A stretch of 64,000 nucleotides of DNA from the human T2T-CHM13v2.0 reference genome, Homo sapiens (GCF_009914755.1 NC_060937.1); one strand, 5' to 3'; shown: positions 14,191 to 28,747, counted from the first letter of the stretch. Made by a program: numbers and translations. Notes: a model not told the origin generated them from the letters alone.

Positions 14191-16289
14191 TCTGTTCATC
14201 ATGTTCATTTGGAAATAGTAGCAGGTTATTCACAGACTTTAAACTGTATAAATGTTAATATTTATTTGGACTTCAGAAACAGATGCAGTTCATGCCAGTA
14301 TAGTTTCTAGAATAGAGTAGGAATTTAATAGATAGCTTGTGATTAATGATTAACCAGTCAACCAAAATAAAGGTTAGGGACTTCTTAAAAACTTGTTTGC
14401 TAAATGAGCTATTGTAGTTTTATCTTCCTTTTTCACTTCTCAAAATTAGTCATGCTTACTCTTGGGAAGTTAGTTGGAATGCAGAATTTGTATTTAGGAT
14501 CCAGATTTTCATGCTTATTTTTTTTCTTCATTCTTGAGTACGTATAGTGATACAGAAAAAAAAAATAAGTATGGCACTGAAAAGCTTATCTTTAATTGTA
14601 AACTCCATGATACAAAAGTATTCTCAGAATGTAGGGAAAAATGAATGCTGTAAAACAGGAAACAGGTAAATGCCTAGAGAATTTCATATAAAAAAACAAA
14701 ATGAGTGGCAAATTTTAGCATTTTGTCAAGGAGGAATCTTGAACTCAGCAGTCTCATACTAGGATATTAATTGACTGTCTAAATGAAGACCAAGTTTTTC
14801 AGGATGTTTCTGCAACTTTCTTCATTACAAGAATATATTTGAAAGCCTCCTTAAATTGTTTTCCATTTTTAATGCATTATCATCACATTTAATTACCGAG
14901 CCTTTGGGGAAATTATTCAGCATTTTAGGTTTGAAACTACGCAGTAGGGTGTCTATTTTTGCATAGAAAATTACTACGTTAGAGCACACGATTTAATCTA
15001 GCATACATGCTAAATCAGTGCTTAAAAGGAAAAAAAAAACTTCTCTTAATCTTTTCAGTTCTTTCATTTGATAAAACAAGTAGGCGTACGAGCTTGGCTA
15101 AATATGCTTTAAAGAGAGAGTTCTGCAGGTGAAGTGACAAAAGCTTTCTGGGTGCTTTATTATGCATTCTTTTCTTTATATCTAAGAGGATTCTAGCATT
15201 TATCCAAAATGGTATTTCCCTTTTAGGTGTGCATTATAGCACGGCAAAGAAAAGATGGCATTTCCAGACAAGTCTTTCATCCTGTGACAGCTGAATTATT
15301 CTTTTCCAAATATGCTAAAACAACAGATTTTCATTTTGTTCATCATTAAAAAGCCTTTTGGAATTTGTTCCAGTCATCAAAAACGTGGAACTAGGAGAGA
15401 AAATAAACATGGAGGTACCAATATCACACCATCTCTAAGACAGGATTCAAACCTTCGAAAAAGCATGTGCAATTACAGGAATCTTCTCACTGTAAACAGC
15501 AAAGCCAAGGTCTTACAAATAAATGGAGTAGGCAGCTTATGGGATGTGACTAGAGGGGCAAGCCAGATGCTCCTAACTAAAAATATCTCTCATGCCTGTA
15601 CCTTTAGAATTCGTTCCTCTGCATCTCGGAGGCTTTTTTGATCAGCAAGAGACCCCCATTAAAATGTAAATACTCCTGGGAGATGCACAACCTTAATCTT
15701 TTATCAAGGATCATCTCCATCGACTAGTTGGAATGGAACAAGAAACAGAATAGAGCTTTGGAAAAATGAGTAAAGAAACAAGTTAAAGGCGAAAGGATAC
15801 TGGCAGGAGAGAGAAGACCCTGAAATAGGAACTTCTATATTTTACAATTTGCCTGATTCCAGTTCCGAGTAAATGGGTTAAATATATAAAAGAAAGAAAA
15901 CAGACATAGAAAGGCATTTAAGGTCAAAATTAAACTGCTATTCAAGCAACTTGCAATAATTTTAATTTAGTGGAAAAATCTAGTGATTAGAAGACCATGT
16001 CTTCTAGGTTCGATATTCACTTTGTTTACTTTTAGATGATGACCAGAAGTTTAATTATCTCAGGAAACAAGATTATCACATTAAATGAAAAATAATACCG
16101 CTTATCAAATGATTTATATAAATATTAAATTAAGTGATATATAGTAATAACAAAGAATAACTGTATTAAAGCAAAATCAGATTAGCTACAGTTTAAGAAT
16201 GGTTGTATATGCTCCAATTTAATCCAACAAATTCCTCAGAAGTTAGTGCTTCTGCTTCCTGTGCCTGTGACATCCTGCAGCAACTGAGC

Positions 16290-16480
16290 AAAATCAGATA
16301 GAAGAATATTTGAATCCAGATTCTGCCACTTAATAGCTGTGAGATTTACAGATGTGAAGCTTATTCAATCTTCAGAAATGCTAATTTCCTCATCTACAAA
16401 ATCACTATTGTTATGCTATGCCATGCAGGAATCTTTTAAACAGTTGAGATAATTTATGTAAATATCAAGGATTGGGAAAC
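16290..16480 (+). mobile_element. MIR
   Basis: ttgaatccagattctgccacttaatagctgtg...tttcctcatctacaaaat. Confidence 0.75.
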
Positions 16481-18570
16481 ATGGAAAGTTCTTCATAAAA
16501 GATATATGTGTATGATTTTTTTTTTTTAGTTTTAACATTCCTAGTTAAGATGTTAGCTTTTGTTCTGGGAAAATATTGTTTTCTCTTTGTGTATTAGGCC
16601 ATTGCATATATTTGGTAAGTAAGAGATTGTCTTCTGAATGTTTAATAATCAAAAGTGCCAGAATTTAAAGAAAAATAAAACAGGTGACCATAGGTATCTA
16701 CACACAGAAAATACTTCCCTGGAAAATATCAACTCAGCACTGCCAGGACCTTGACAAAACAAATAGGTGATCATGTGAACCTCTGAAACAATTAAAACCA
16801 TGTGAAGAGCTTAAAATTGTCTACTTAACCAAAAACAGCTCTGCCTCCACAAGCCATCTATCTATCCATCTGTCATATGGCATAGGACAGGTTTTCCCAT
16901 TGTGTATTTATTTTTTCTCATTACTAAGGACAGCTGGTTGAATGTGAATTTTCTATCAGATACATTTAACCCTTGGCTTATAAGCAAAAAAAAATTGAAT
17001 TTTATCATTTAATTTATTTTTCTCAATGTTTACTGGATGAAATATCTCCCATCCTACCCTCATCCTTGCTTATCTGGAAAGCTAAAGTATGTGGTGCAAT
17101 GGGCACCTCACTTACTCTGCAAAGCCTCTAACACAGTGCCGCGTACAAATAGATCATTAACAATTGCTTCATAATGACGAAAGGGTTTAAGTACACATTT
17201 ATTTCTCTCTTTTTTTTCACTTTTCAGTGCACAAGAAATATATACCTTTTTTTGTAATAATGTAAATAGTGATATAAATGAGGTGAAGATACATAGTGAC
17301 ACATCCAAGGGTTCAGTGAATGAAAGTCTACAAGAGCTGCCTGGATTGAAAGATGTCTCTGGAAAATCAGGAAAATTGAATGTAATTTTCTGATCCACAA
17401 GGGTTTATTTTGTTTGTTTGTTTGCTTGCTTGCTTGTTTTTTGTTTGTTTTTCATATCAGAAAGAGTGAATGCAGACGTAATTGAGCTCATAACTTCAAA
17501 TGAGAAATAAGCAGCAGTCACAAATGAAATTGTCATCAAAGAACCTATTCTCATAGGCTGAATGATTATTTTAAATGCTGGGGGAGTGAACTGGAGAGAA
17601 GAGAGCAAAGATGGGAGTGTCTGAGCAAAATGTTCTCCCAGGGCCCATCGCTTCTAACAGAGTCACTATCCATTGTGATGCAAATGTCAAAACACCAAAG
17701 CTAGGTCTCCCCATAAAAATAGTCAGATTTGATGGTGCTATCTAGATTTTCCTTACTGAAATTTTTAGAGCATTTGTTTGAACAGAGGGTAGTTTGGAGG
17801 TTACATGTTCCTTTCTTGATAACAACCTAATTTCCTCATTCCTTTTTGTATGTAGATACAGTTTCTATCTTCTAAGTGCCTGCGGGGATCTAGCTGTTAA
17901 AAGAAAATTTCAAAGGAGAGGTGAATTTGTATGTTAATCCCCTTCCTATAAAATAAACATGGGGGGTGTTGTAATTATTTCTTTCATCTGTTACTAGAGA
18001 TGATTTTAACTAAAGTAGGGGTGAGCATCTGTGCTAAGGTAAGCAAGCTGGCTTTCCCAAAGGCCTGGTAACTATACAAGTCGTTTCTCTGAATTTTGTT
18101 GTATCTTCAATATGACATTCCTCATATGAACATCTTATATGGTTTTGTACAGTCTAGTTTCCCCTTCATGATATAGCAGAATGCTGACAGCACACTGTAG
18201 GGTACATACGCTTCTCCAGCAAAAGCACAATGCATTGTGGAAGGCACCTTGGGTAGTAATTGATACAAGTCTGTTTCCCTGTATTTATTGAGTGATGTTC
18301 AACCTCCTGCATCTACAGCCACCACTGTTCTAATTATTCAAGCTGACATTCTCCACTATAGTGCTATATGACTGCTTCACAGACATGTCTTAAAAATTGG
18401 TGTAAGTTAATGATTTATTTCAAATACATGAACGTACCTAGCATATCATCGGTGCTCTAGAAATGAGTGTTTCTTATTTTTATATTCTATTTTTTCTGAT
18501 TCCTCTCATCCAAAATAAATTCCTCATCAAAACAGTGGAATAGTTTACCCTAGAGTGTAAAGAGTAGCAC

Positions 18571-19108
18571 GAAGCCAGACAATTGCAAAGTATTAAATGC
18601 AAGGTCACTGATTTAAGAGGTATCAGTTATGTGCTATAACCTCCATTACATCTTGGCTACCCATTCCTCAATGCTATAATTGCCTCTAACTCTCTCAATG
18701 GCAGAACCCACCTGTGGCCACCAGGGCCCCAGCTCTGTGTAGGTAACCAGATGGCTCTTTTTCCCAAGCCACCATCTTCTATTGACCAGCCTAAACTCTC
18801 ACACCTAGACAGCAGGGGCACGGAACTTAGGTTCTTAGTATAAACAAGGAAGGAATAAACATACCGGGGCCGATACTGTACCTGTCACCCTCCCTGCCTC
18901 CTAACTCTTGTGTGGGCCCTGGAGGCTACACATCTTCCTTTGTCTCTTGGCTTCAGAAAAATTTGTGTTCTTAACCCATATTTAGTTTTTTTCCTATCAT
19001 TTCTATTTCATACATTCTCATACATTTAACTTGTAAAATGGACTGTAGTATTATTACCTAATGTAATTAAAGCATATGAATTAAAATATTTCTATAGTCA
19101 AAAAAAAA
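18571..19108 (+). pseudogene. 5'-truncated processed retrocopy of an mRNA 3' UTR (resembles the KIAA1191 3' end from memory; unverified)
   Basis: Sequence I do not recognise as a repeat, locally GC-richer, ending in ATTAAA (19080) then A9 14 nt later; degenerate TSD aaagagtagcac / aacaagaagcac. Confidence 0.6.
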
Positions 19109-19344
19109 CAAGAAGCACCAATACAGATTACTAGATATATGATCTTTGAGAAAAAAATAAAGCCAGAACATGTATTCACAAACATACATATATAAACACA
19201 TGTTAGAGGCACTAGTCCATATAACGTTCCACATGTAAAAAAAAATCATTCATATGTGACAATATAGTTTTTAACATTTCCACCTAAAAATGCTAACATT
19301 GAAGCTACATGCCAGAGTACTGTAAATATTTATCTGGAGTCAGT

Positions 19345-19436
19345 TATCTAGCTGGATTTGTTCATCCCCATATCCCCAGTGCCTGTAGCACCTGAAACAC
19401 AGTACATGTTCAAAATATACTTGCTGAATAATTGAT
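19345..19436 (+). mobile_element. L2 3' terminus
   Basis: ttgttcatccccatatccccagtgcct...acacagtacatgttcaaaatatacttgctgaat. Confidence 0.65.
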
Positions 19437-20309
19437 TAAGCACTCCACTCCTCTTAACTACAAGGTTAGTCATTGCAATATTTGTTTTATATTTTGTATG
19501 CATGTACACATAAACTTCCTACAAAAAAAGGCAAGAATTCTAGTGTACAGTCTTATTGTTACAATATATTATTCAAGTGATTGATAACTGTATCAATGTT
19601 GTCCCTTCTCTCCTGCTTTCCTGCCCTTTCCTCATCACAAGTCTGTCCTACCCCTGCACCCATTAATAATGGTGGGTGGTTTTATGTTAAGTCTTTGTGG
19701 ATCCTCATTTACCACTTCATTCCCTTCACCAACAAACCCAGCATGTGGTATATGTGTGAAATAGCTTTCTTCACAGTAATTGTACCTAGTATATCTAGTG
19801 TATGTATTTTCTCCTCAGGTTCAGAATTCTACTGGGTGAGCTTACATTAAATAGGGGCCATCACAGAAGACCAAGAAGATCATACTCTCTTTCCTGCAGA
19901 GATACCGGAAGACGTAATAGTCATCTTTACTTCACCCCTCCGCTTTGCTTCTAATTGGTATATAGTAGTTTTGCAGTTCAGGAAAACAACTAAAATTTCA
20001 GGGACATGTGACAGCCAGCATGCTTCACACTAGGTAGCTAAATTTATCCAGCGCAAAATACCAAATGAAGAAGCCTCTGATTAGGCAGGGCCATCCATCT
20101 AAAACAGTGGGGCTGGGCAATAACATCTACCAAGTATCAGGAGCTGTTGCCACCTTGAAATAACACAATTATCTATTTTTCTTAATGTTCCCCAACTGCT
20201 CCTAGCCCATGTCTTATGATCCTATGATACTTATAATGCTCTCTCTTTATATATGTATTTGTGTGTACCATATGTATAAATACATAATTATATATGTACA
20301 TATTGTACT

Positions 20310-20440
20310 TATATAATCTCACAACAATCCTGCAAGATAAAAACTATTTTCTTCACTTTATCCATAAAACTGGTAATCAGAGAGATTAAGTCCTTGGCAC
20401 AAAAACACTCTCCTAGTGATTTCAGATTTAACCTGGGCCC
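20310..20440 (-). mobile_element. MIR fragment
   Basis: aatctcacaacaatcctgcaag...cagagagattaag. Confidence 0.65.
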
Positions 20441-20774
20441 ATGGCTCTGCACTTACTGCATGGACTCCTACAATTTTTTACCCTAAACATTGGATAAGCT
20501 GAAGCTTACAGAGAGAGCTGTTTCTGGGTTATTGCAAGGAAAACACTACCTTGAATGATCAGACTTACCAAGGGTGCTGGGTCTATCAGCAAAGGATACT
20601 TGGGTTCCTTCCATAGCATCTTGGACAAAATCTCTGAGATGTACACTACTGCAGGTCTCAGTCCATGGACCCAACTATGCTCTGGGCACAAAGTGCAATA
20701 CCAAAACAGCATGCCCTCCCTCTCACAGACCAAGAATAGGGGCCCTTGTCCTAAACTTGCTCTTCCTGAGATAG

Positions 20775-21071
<297 letters not shown>

Positions 21072-21873
21072 TGAGATAGAACATTTTAAATCACAACTCT
21101 GATCACCACCTACCGTTGCTCAAGAGCATGTTATTGACTATTCACCATCTGATTACTTAAAGCCTCTTGCCAGGTTAAAATCATGTGAAAGATCAGAATT
21201 CTGACAGAATTAAAGATTCCCTAATAGAGCTTTTCAATCAATATCAATCAATCAAATGTTGGTCACCCAGCTCTATGTTAGGGTTTTCAGTGACAGTAAA
21301 CTTACTCTCCTAATCAGCTTATTTATTAGAGCATTAAAATTATGAGAGCATAAAGGAAGAATTATAACTATGAAAATAAATAAAATGAGCTGAGACCTGT
21401 CCCCAAAAAATGATCCTTTGGAGCCAGGAAGAGTCATCATTCCACTTTTTAAAGGTTATCAAGCACATATAATGCTTAAATGTAAGGTGACATTTTTTTC
21501 TGAAAACTATGCCTCAGAACAAAAGGGGTCACATTGTTGGGACTTTTAAGGATTCTTTCATGTTATGAGACCTCTTTGAGAAAGACACATCAGCCTTTCC
21601 AAACATGAATCAGTTTTTATTTTGGATGTGTAAAGAGGTCAACTATTTAAGAAGAGATGACAAAGTACTTTAAACACACTTTAATAACTGGTCAAGAGGG
21701 ATGAACTAACATTTGCAAGTATTCTATAACTTAGAAAAGATACATTTTAAAGATCACTTTAAAAATTCAAGGGAGAAATTGCGTTTGTTATGGGAATGAC
21801 AAATAGATACATAAGGGATGAACTACAAATGAATTGTACTCTTGTTATGCAAATATAAGAACATAGGGCTGTT

Positions 21874-22126
21874 GGTCAGGTGTGGTGGCTCACTTCAGGT
21901 CAGGAGTTCGACACCGGCCTGGCCAATATGGTGAAACCCCGTTTCTACTAAAAATAAAAAATAAATAAAAATATAGCAAGATGTGGTGGCCAGTGCCTGT
22001 AATCCCAGCTATTCAGAAGGCTGAGGCAGGAGAATCGCTTGAACACAGGAGGCAGAGGTTGCAGTGAGCTGAGATTGCACCATTGCACCCCAGAAACTCC
22101 ATCTCAAAAAAATAAAAACAAACAAA
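21874..22126 (+). mobile_element. AluS with two internal deletions
   Basis: ggctcac joined directly to ttcaggtcagg; TSD aaca(t/g)agggctg. Confidence 0.88.
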
Positions 22127-22486
22127 AACAGAGGGCTGAGCTTTGTTACTCTTCTCACTGAGTCAACCCTATTACCTGTACCTACAACAGTGCCTGACAG
22201 CTAGGAGGGGCTCAAAAGTCATCTGCTGATGACTAAAAACAGGAACGAATATATGGTTAATTGTGGCTTGAAACAAAAGTTTCTAGGAATAACATCAAGT
22301 TCAAAAAATACTGTTTCTCAAATAACCTGCAAATGGAGATGATGTGTTAAATAGCCCCCAAGGTGACCTTAGTAATGACTGAGCCCCCGACAATAATGAG
22401 GCTTAAATTAAGTATTTTTAAAAAGGTGAGGTTATGTGATAGTCAAAAAGCCATAGCTGTGACTTCAGTATTACAAGTAGGAATTT

Positions 22487-22785
22487 GGCCAGGTGCGGTG
22501 GTGGTTCATGCCTGTAATCCCAGCAATTTGGGAGGCTGAGGCGGGCTGATCACCTGAGGTCAGGAGTTTGAGACCAGCCTGGCAACATGGTGAAAACCCC
22601 TCTCTACCAAAAATACAAAAATTAGCCGACCGTGGTGGCACACAGCTGTAGTCCCAGCTACTCGACAGGCTGAGGTATGAGATCACTTGAACCCAGGAGG
22701 TGGAGGTTGCAGTGAGCTGAGATGGCACCACTGCACTCCAGGCTGGGCAGCAGAGTGAGAATCCATCTCAAAAACAAACAAACAA
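22487..22785 (+). mobile_element. AluSx-like
   Basis: gatcacctgaggtcaggagtttg; TSD aagtag(g/a)aat. Confidence 0.92.
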
Positions 22786-22959
22786 AGTAGAAATGTGACT
22801 ATGTGTCATATCTCTAAGTGTTTGTATATTCGGATAGGCCATTGTTGCTGTTTCGCACTCCACCCACTTCTTCCCCTCTCCCCCCACCAAAACATACCCA
22901 GGAATTATTTTTAATTTGGGCTGGCATTTTATTCCAATATATGAGGCATTTGAAACCCT

Positions 22960-23430
22960 GGCTTCCAAGTTGGTTTATCTCCAGACTGAATTTTCTATAT
23001 TTTCACAGGGGCTACTCTAAAGGCTTGGTTTTGATTCACCCTAATATTATCACTGAATTATAGCACCCACAATTTAACATAACAATGCTTTGTAGTTAGA
23101 TACAGCATAGAGTGAGGTTTTTATCTCCCTTACTTTGGAAGCTGTGTGCTGACTAAAGTAGCTTAAAATTACATTTGCACTTTGGCAGTCACATCACACT
23201 ATTGACTAATATTGAGACTTCCCGAAACTAAAATCCCAACATCTTTCTGACATGTGCTGATAAGCCACATAATCCTCCAACCATACTTGTGCAGGTAGCT
23301 GCAATGAACTTTTTTTTTTACACTTACTTTTGTCCATCTTACAAAATAGCCTTCTAACAGAGTACTACCCCTCCAAGTTTCACATAATCTGCAAATGCGA
23401 TGCCTGTTGGGAATCTGTGACCTCATTGAC
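22960..23430 (-). mobile_element. L3/CR1 LINE, ORF2 RT C-terminal relic
   Basis: Minus-strand translation CQKDVGILVSGSLNISQ resembles the CR1 EKDLGVLVD-KLNMSQ motif; FADY (from FADD) near 23385-23395. Confidence 0.75.
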
Positions 23431-23549
23431 GTTTTTGACAGAGAAAGTAAATGAAGATGCATTGGTGGGATGTCATGAAGTGAAAAACAGGTTCTCTCCT
23501 AAAGAAAGACCAGTCAGCAATGTTAAATATTTTAGAAAAGTTGCTGGGA

Positions 23550-23913
23550 ACTGAAATGAAAGCCCTAACCCTCCATCCCTCCATGAGGTATTTGCAGATG
23601 GGGCCTTTGGGAGATAATTAGGTTTAGATGAGGTCATGAAAATGGGGCCCTCATGATGGAATACTGTCCTTATGAGAAGAGACACCAGAGATACCTCTCT
23701 CTTTCTCTCTCTCACTCACTCTCTTTCTCTCTCTCTCTGCCATGTGGAGACACACTAAGAAGGCAAGCTAGGAAGGCAGTCCTCAGCAGAACCCAACCAC
23801 ACTGGCACTCTGATTTCATTCTTCCAGTTTCCAGAAATATGAGAAATAAATTATGTGGTTTTAATCACCCAGTCTGTGGTATTTTGTTTTGGTATCTTGA
23901 GGTAACTAATACA
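23550..23913 (+). mobile_element. MaLR LTR (MSTD/MLT1A-like)
   Basis: ggggcctttgggagataattaggtttagatgaggtcatg...gagaaataaa...ctaataca. Confidence 0.85.
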
Positions 23914-25490
23914 AACGTAAAATACAAAGGGAGTTATTAGTAAAATTTGAGAGGTGACATTACACTTTTTATGATGAATTAATATAATAAGATTTTAAGA
24001 ATAAGATAATGAAGGTATTTGGTTTATTTCACCTAACTGGAGAATTCTGGCTTCAAAAACAAGGAGAAATATGATTGACATGTAGAAGAGGAGGAATTAT
24101 ACATAAAGGTATGTTCAAGATGAAGAGGCACCCCAATTTGAGGGCAGAAGAAATGAAATCAGTGAAAACACAAAAGTGAATTTGACGCAGCGTACAATAT
24201 GGTTGTAGCAGAGCAACTCCTTGAAATGAAAGCTAATAATCAAGAGGATAATCCTGGAGACTGAGTATTACAATTGGAGTGTTTACAAAGTTCAAGGTAT
24301 GAGACGGACTGGATGAAAAACACGGAATTCTATGACTAATTTTGTAGACTGGAAATAATAAAATCTAAAGAAGTAGAGATTGCTTCAGATGACAAAATAC
24401 AGTCAGGGAGTTGCATTGATATAGAATAATTCATTGTTCAGTTTCTTTCTTGACATGCCTTAAATTTTATGAGGCTAGAAATAAACAGAATAGAGAAAGA
24501 TGGGGAATCAGTAACATGGATTTAAGTGGCTTTAATTTTATAAACACATACTGTATAGCAGTTAATATTGAAGGGCTGATATTTTTTTCACACATATCAC
24601 ATTACCAAAAAAAATCCTTCCATTCATTTTTCTCTCTTAGAAGTACAACTAGGACAGTCTATTCATTGATGTAATTTTTTTTAAGTTTTTGTTCTTTTAT
24701 TTTTTTCATGAAATGAGCTAGATCTTCTGAGAGCATTTCTATATTAGGCACAGAGCTTTGCTGCTGTTTTTAAGCTAAGTTAAACATAAATAGGAGCTCT
24801 CCCCATTTCCATTGAAGTGTCACTCAGCTAAGTACCCACGCTAGAGAGGAGGTGGTTCTCTCTGCAGAGATTCGTCATGCTATGTTTTATACTTAGACGT
24901 TTTTCTCAGAAATGAAACTATTTAAATTTCCCATCTTATTGGTCTGACTGTAGTTTTTCTTTGAAAACTTGCTGTTGTTTCTATACTAAACTCAACCTTT
25001 AGCTTTTCTTCCACTTTTAGTACTTCAGTTTTAAATAATCACTTACAAATATTTCAGTTTGTAACAAGACAGTACATACATTAATGTAAGAGCCTATGTG
25101 GGTTAATATAATTTTAAATAACAGACTTACATCCTTAAGTTTAGAAAAATTTCAGTAATTAGTCACCTTTTAAAAGAGCATGATAAAAACACCTATTTGA
25201 AGGTAATATTTTTCACATTACATGAAGCACATATAAGAGATGTCACTTAGAGCCTCCAAAAATCTTAAATGAATTTGATAGCAGGTACAATAAGGAAAGT
25301 GTGACTTTAAAATTTAAAAAATAACAAACAACATTCTACATCACTTTTTTTCTATAAAAGTATCTGTCAATTGTAAATTACCAAGAATGGCATGATCTCA
25401 ATAAGAAAGAAATTCTGAAAATATTTGGCCAATTGTAAACTTAATAATTGAAATGATCAATTAAGAAATTACTTAAGAAAAGACATCCTG

Positions 25491-25800
25491 GGCCTGATTC
25501 AGTGGCTCAGGCTTGTAATTTCAGTGGCTTGGAAGGCTCAGGTGGGAGGATTGCTTGAGGCCCAGAGTTTGAGACCAGCCTGGGCAACATGGCAAGACCC
25601 TGTCTCTGCAAAAATAAAAAATTAGCTGGGTGTGGTGGCACACACTTGTAGTTCCAGCTACTCGGGAGGCTGAAGTAGGAGGATTACTTGAGCTCAGGAG
25701 TTTGAGGTTGTAGTAAATTATGATTGCATCACTGCACTCCACCCTGGGCAACAGAGTGAGACCCCGTCTCAAAAAAAAAAAAAAGAAAGAAAAAATAAAA
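25491..25800 (+). mobile_element. AluJ
   Basis: ggattgcttgagg...ggattacttgagctcaggagtttgaggttg; A-tail. Confidence 0.92.
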
Positions 25801-27531
25801 TAATATACTTTCATGACCTGATAACTTGAACTAAGAAGCTGGATTACCTTTTTTATTAAGTCACTGAACCTTAATCAATAAACTGGAAATCAGCATATTT
25901 TATGAAATACTTGAGACTCTATGTCAAAGTTTTTCACAGTTTCTGAACCCATTTAACTTCCTAAGAACATTGTCATTTCTTAGTGACTCAGTATTCTAAA
26001 ACAGCATCTAACAAATCAGAATACTTATTAGGGAGAAATTTTGACACGAAGAAGAATAAAGGACAAAGTCTCAGAGAATTATCTGAAAGCTTTGTTTGCA
26101 AATTGACTGACATGCAAGAAAGATCCGTTTTTAAATTTTTGTAACTGGACTGAAATCAAAACACCTCTGCTGACCTCACATTCACTTACAAATATATTTA
26201 ATTTCAAACAGAGCTTTTGATCATCAGCCAAAATTAGTTGTCAGTGTTCTATAAACATCTTACAAAAGCAGTTTAAAAGAAAATAATCACAAAAGAATGG
26301 CTTTAATTTTTTAAAGTGACATATAATTAAATATTTCTAAGCAATGCCATTTCATTGGACACTATGTGAATCAGAGTGCTTTGCTGACTACCATATAAGT
26401 TATAATCTACATATATTTCATCTACTGTCTTTCATTCAGTAATTTTGAAAACCCTATAAAAAATTCATGATGGAAACTCAAGCACTCTAAAGAATTTCAA
26501 AGGGCCACAGTGGTTGATGGAAGGAGTTGTTCTTCTGTTAATTAAATTCTGCCCAAGAAATAATGAAGGTCACTCTCATGTTATTATCTACTTCTTTGGA
26601 TTTTACATGAAGTAGTAAAGATATAAATAACTTTTCTTTACAAACTGTAAATATTTTAGCCATTGATGTTACAATTATTACTTTTATAAAATTTATAGCT
26701 GGGCAGTTAAGAAAACATAAAATAGTAGCAATTCATTACAGTCTCAATGCACTGTATAGAATGAAGAAAATATTCTTCGAAGAGGTACAGAATCACTAAC
26801 ACAACTCATGTTAGTAACACTCAATCAGCTTACTAAAGTGTAAAAATCATGCTTATTTTGTTTTTCAAAATCACATATATTTAAGCATCTTGAGTTTTGT
26901 TTCTATTGAAGGTTAACCTGTTTAGAGTATCAATTGGTAAAATAATCAAAACACTACACAATTGATTTATTGGTCATCTCTGAAAAGTAGCAACTGTAAA
27001 AATCAATTTTAATGAATAAATATACACATACTTTTGTGTATTCAAACCTTTGTCTATCTTCTATTTGTGTCTTCAACTGATTTGTACTGACTTTAACTGA
27101 CTATAGTACAAAAAATTTACCATGTCTATTTTTTAAAAAAAATACAGTTTAAAAATAAAACCAAAACAAACACTATAATTCTATTTAAAGTATGTGTTCC
27201 AATACTCCACTGGTGTTTCATTTTAAAAGTGGTGGTATGAAAACAATCAGAGAGTTCAGTGTTTTTTCTCTGCCTGTATGTGACATGGGGGTTATATTGA
27301 TGAAATAAGGTCTGCTGGACTTTGAGCACAATAATGGCAAAAAACAAGCCACTTTTGTGTCAACATTGTGTTCCCAATACCAGACCCATCACCTGATGCT
27401 AAATAAATAATTATTGATTTAACTAACAAAATCAGTGGAATCCTTAAGTGGGACCTCAAAGGAAGGAATAGAAGCCTATATATACATTTTCAAAATTTAA
27501 GAAATATTGAAATTAAATTAAATCAATGAAA

Positions 27532-27655
27532 GGCTGGGTATGGTGGCTCAGGTCTATAATCTCAGCACTTTGGAAGACTGAGGTGAGGGGGTTACTTGAG
27601 CCCAGGAGTTTGAGACCAGCCTGAGCAACATAGTGAGTCCCCATCTCCAGAAAAT
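27532..27655 (+). mobile_element. FLAM / Alu monomer
   Basis: Single left monomer ending ccccatctcc; TSD-like aaat(c/t)aatg. Confidence 0.85.
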
Positions 27656-27789
27656 TAATGTAACTTAAATGTTAACCCAATGTAAGGCTGCAAAGCCAAA
27701 AATATCAATTTTTTGGTTAGAATGAAATTGATTAAGAAAAATCACATTAATTTTTATGTTGATGATAAACTTTGATTATAAATCATAGA

Positions 27790-28166
<377 letters not shown>

Positions 28167-28418
28167 TCATTTTGTCAAATTGGTTCCATTGGAGAGAGGG
28201 ATAAGGAAAAGGATCTTTGATGAATAAAGTTTGGTGATGTATGACTAAGAATTTTAATCTTCTAAATGAAGACACATGTCACTCTCCTAGATCCACAGTA
28301 AGGCAGATAGGGATCTTAGGTATCTGCAGGTACTCCAGCACAGCTGCAAAACTGAATGAGTTAGAACAGCTTCTCAAGTACTTCCCAAGACACCTCCAAA
28401 GAAAAACACCACCAATGA

Positions 28419-28747
28419 CAGTCATGTGTCACTTAATGAGGGTGATTAGAACTGAGAAATGTGTCATTGGGCAATTTTGTCATTGTGGGAACATCACAGA
28501 GTGCACAGACACAAAGCTAGATGGGATAGCCCACTATATACCTAGGTTATATGGTATAGGCTATTGCTTCTAGCCTACAAAACCTAGTGTTACTGTAGTA
28601 AATACTGGAGGCAATCATAACAAAGTGGTATGTATTGTGTATCTAAACATATCTAAATATAGAAAATATTGTATTATTATATTATGGAACCACCTTTGTA
28701 TATGCAGTCCATCATTGACTGAAATGTTATTACATCACACTTGGCTG
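28419..28747 (-). mobile_element. Tigger3/MER7-family DNA transposon (TcMar)
   Basis: cagtcatg...ggctg|ta termini; ttgtcattgtgggaacatcacagagtgcac interior. Confidence 0.8.

Noticed and set aside
15312-15641. 109-aa ORF in unique DNA
   Set aside because: No recognisable domain or supporting exon structure; a length reachable by chance in 64 kb across six frames
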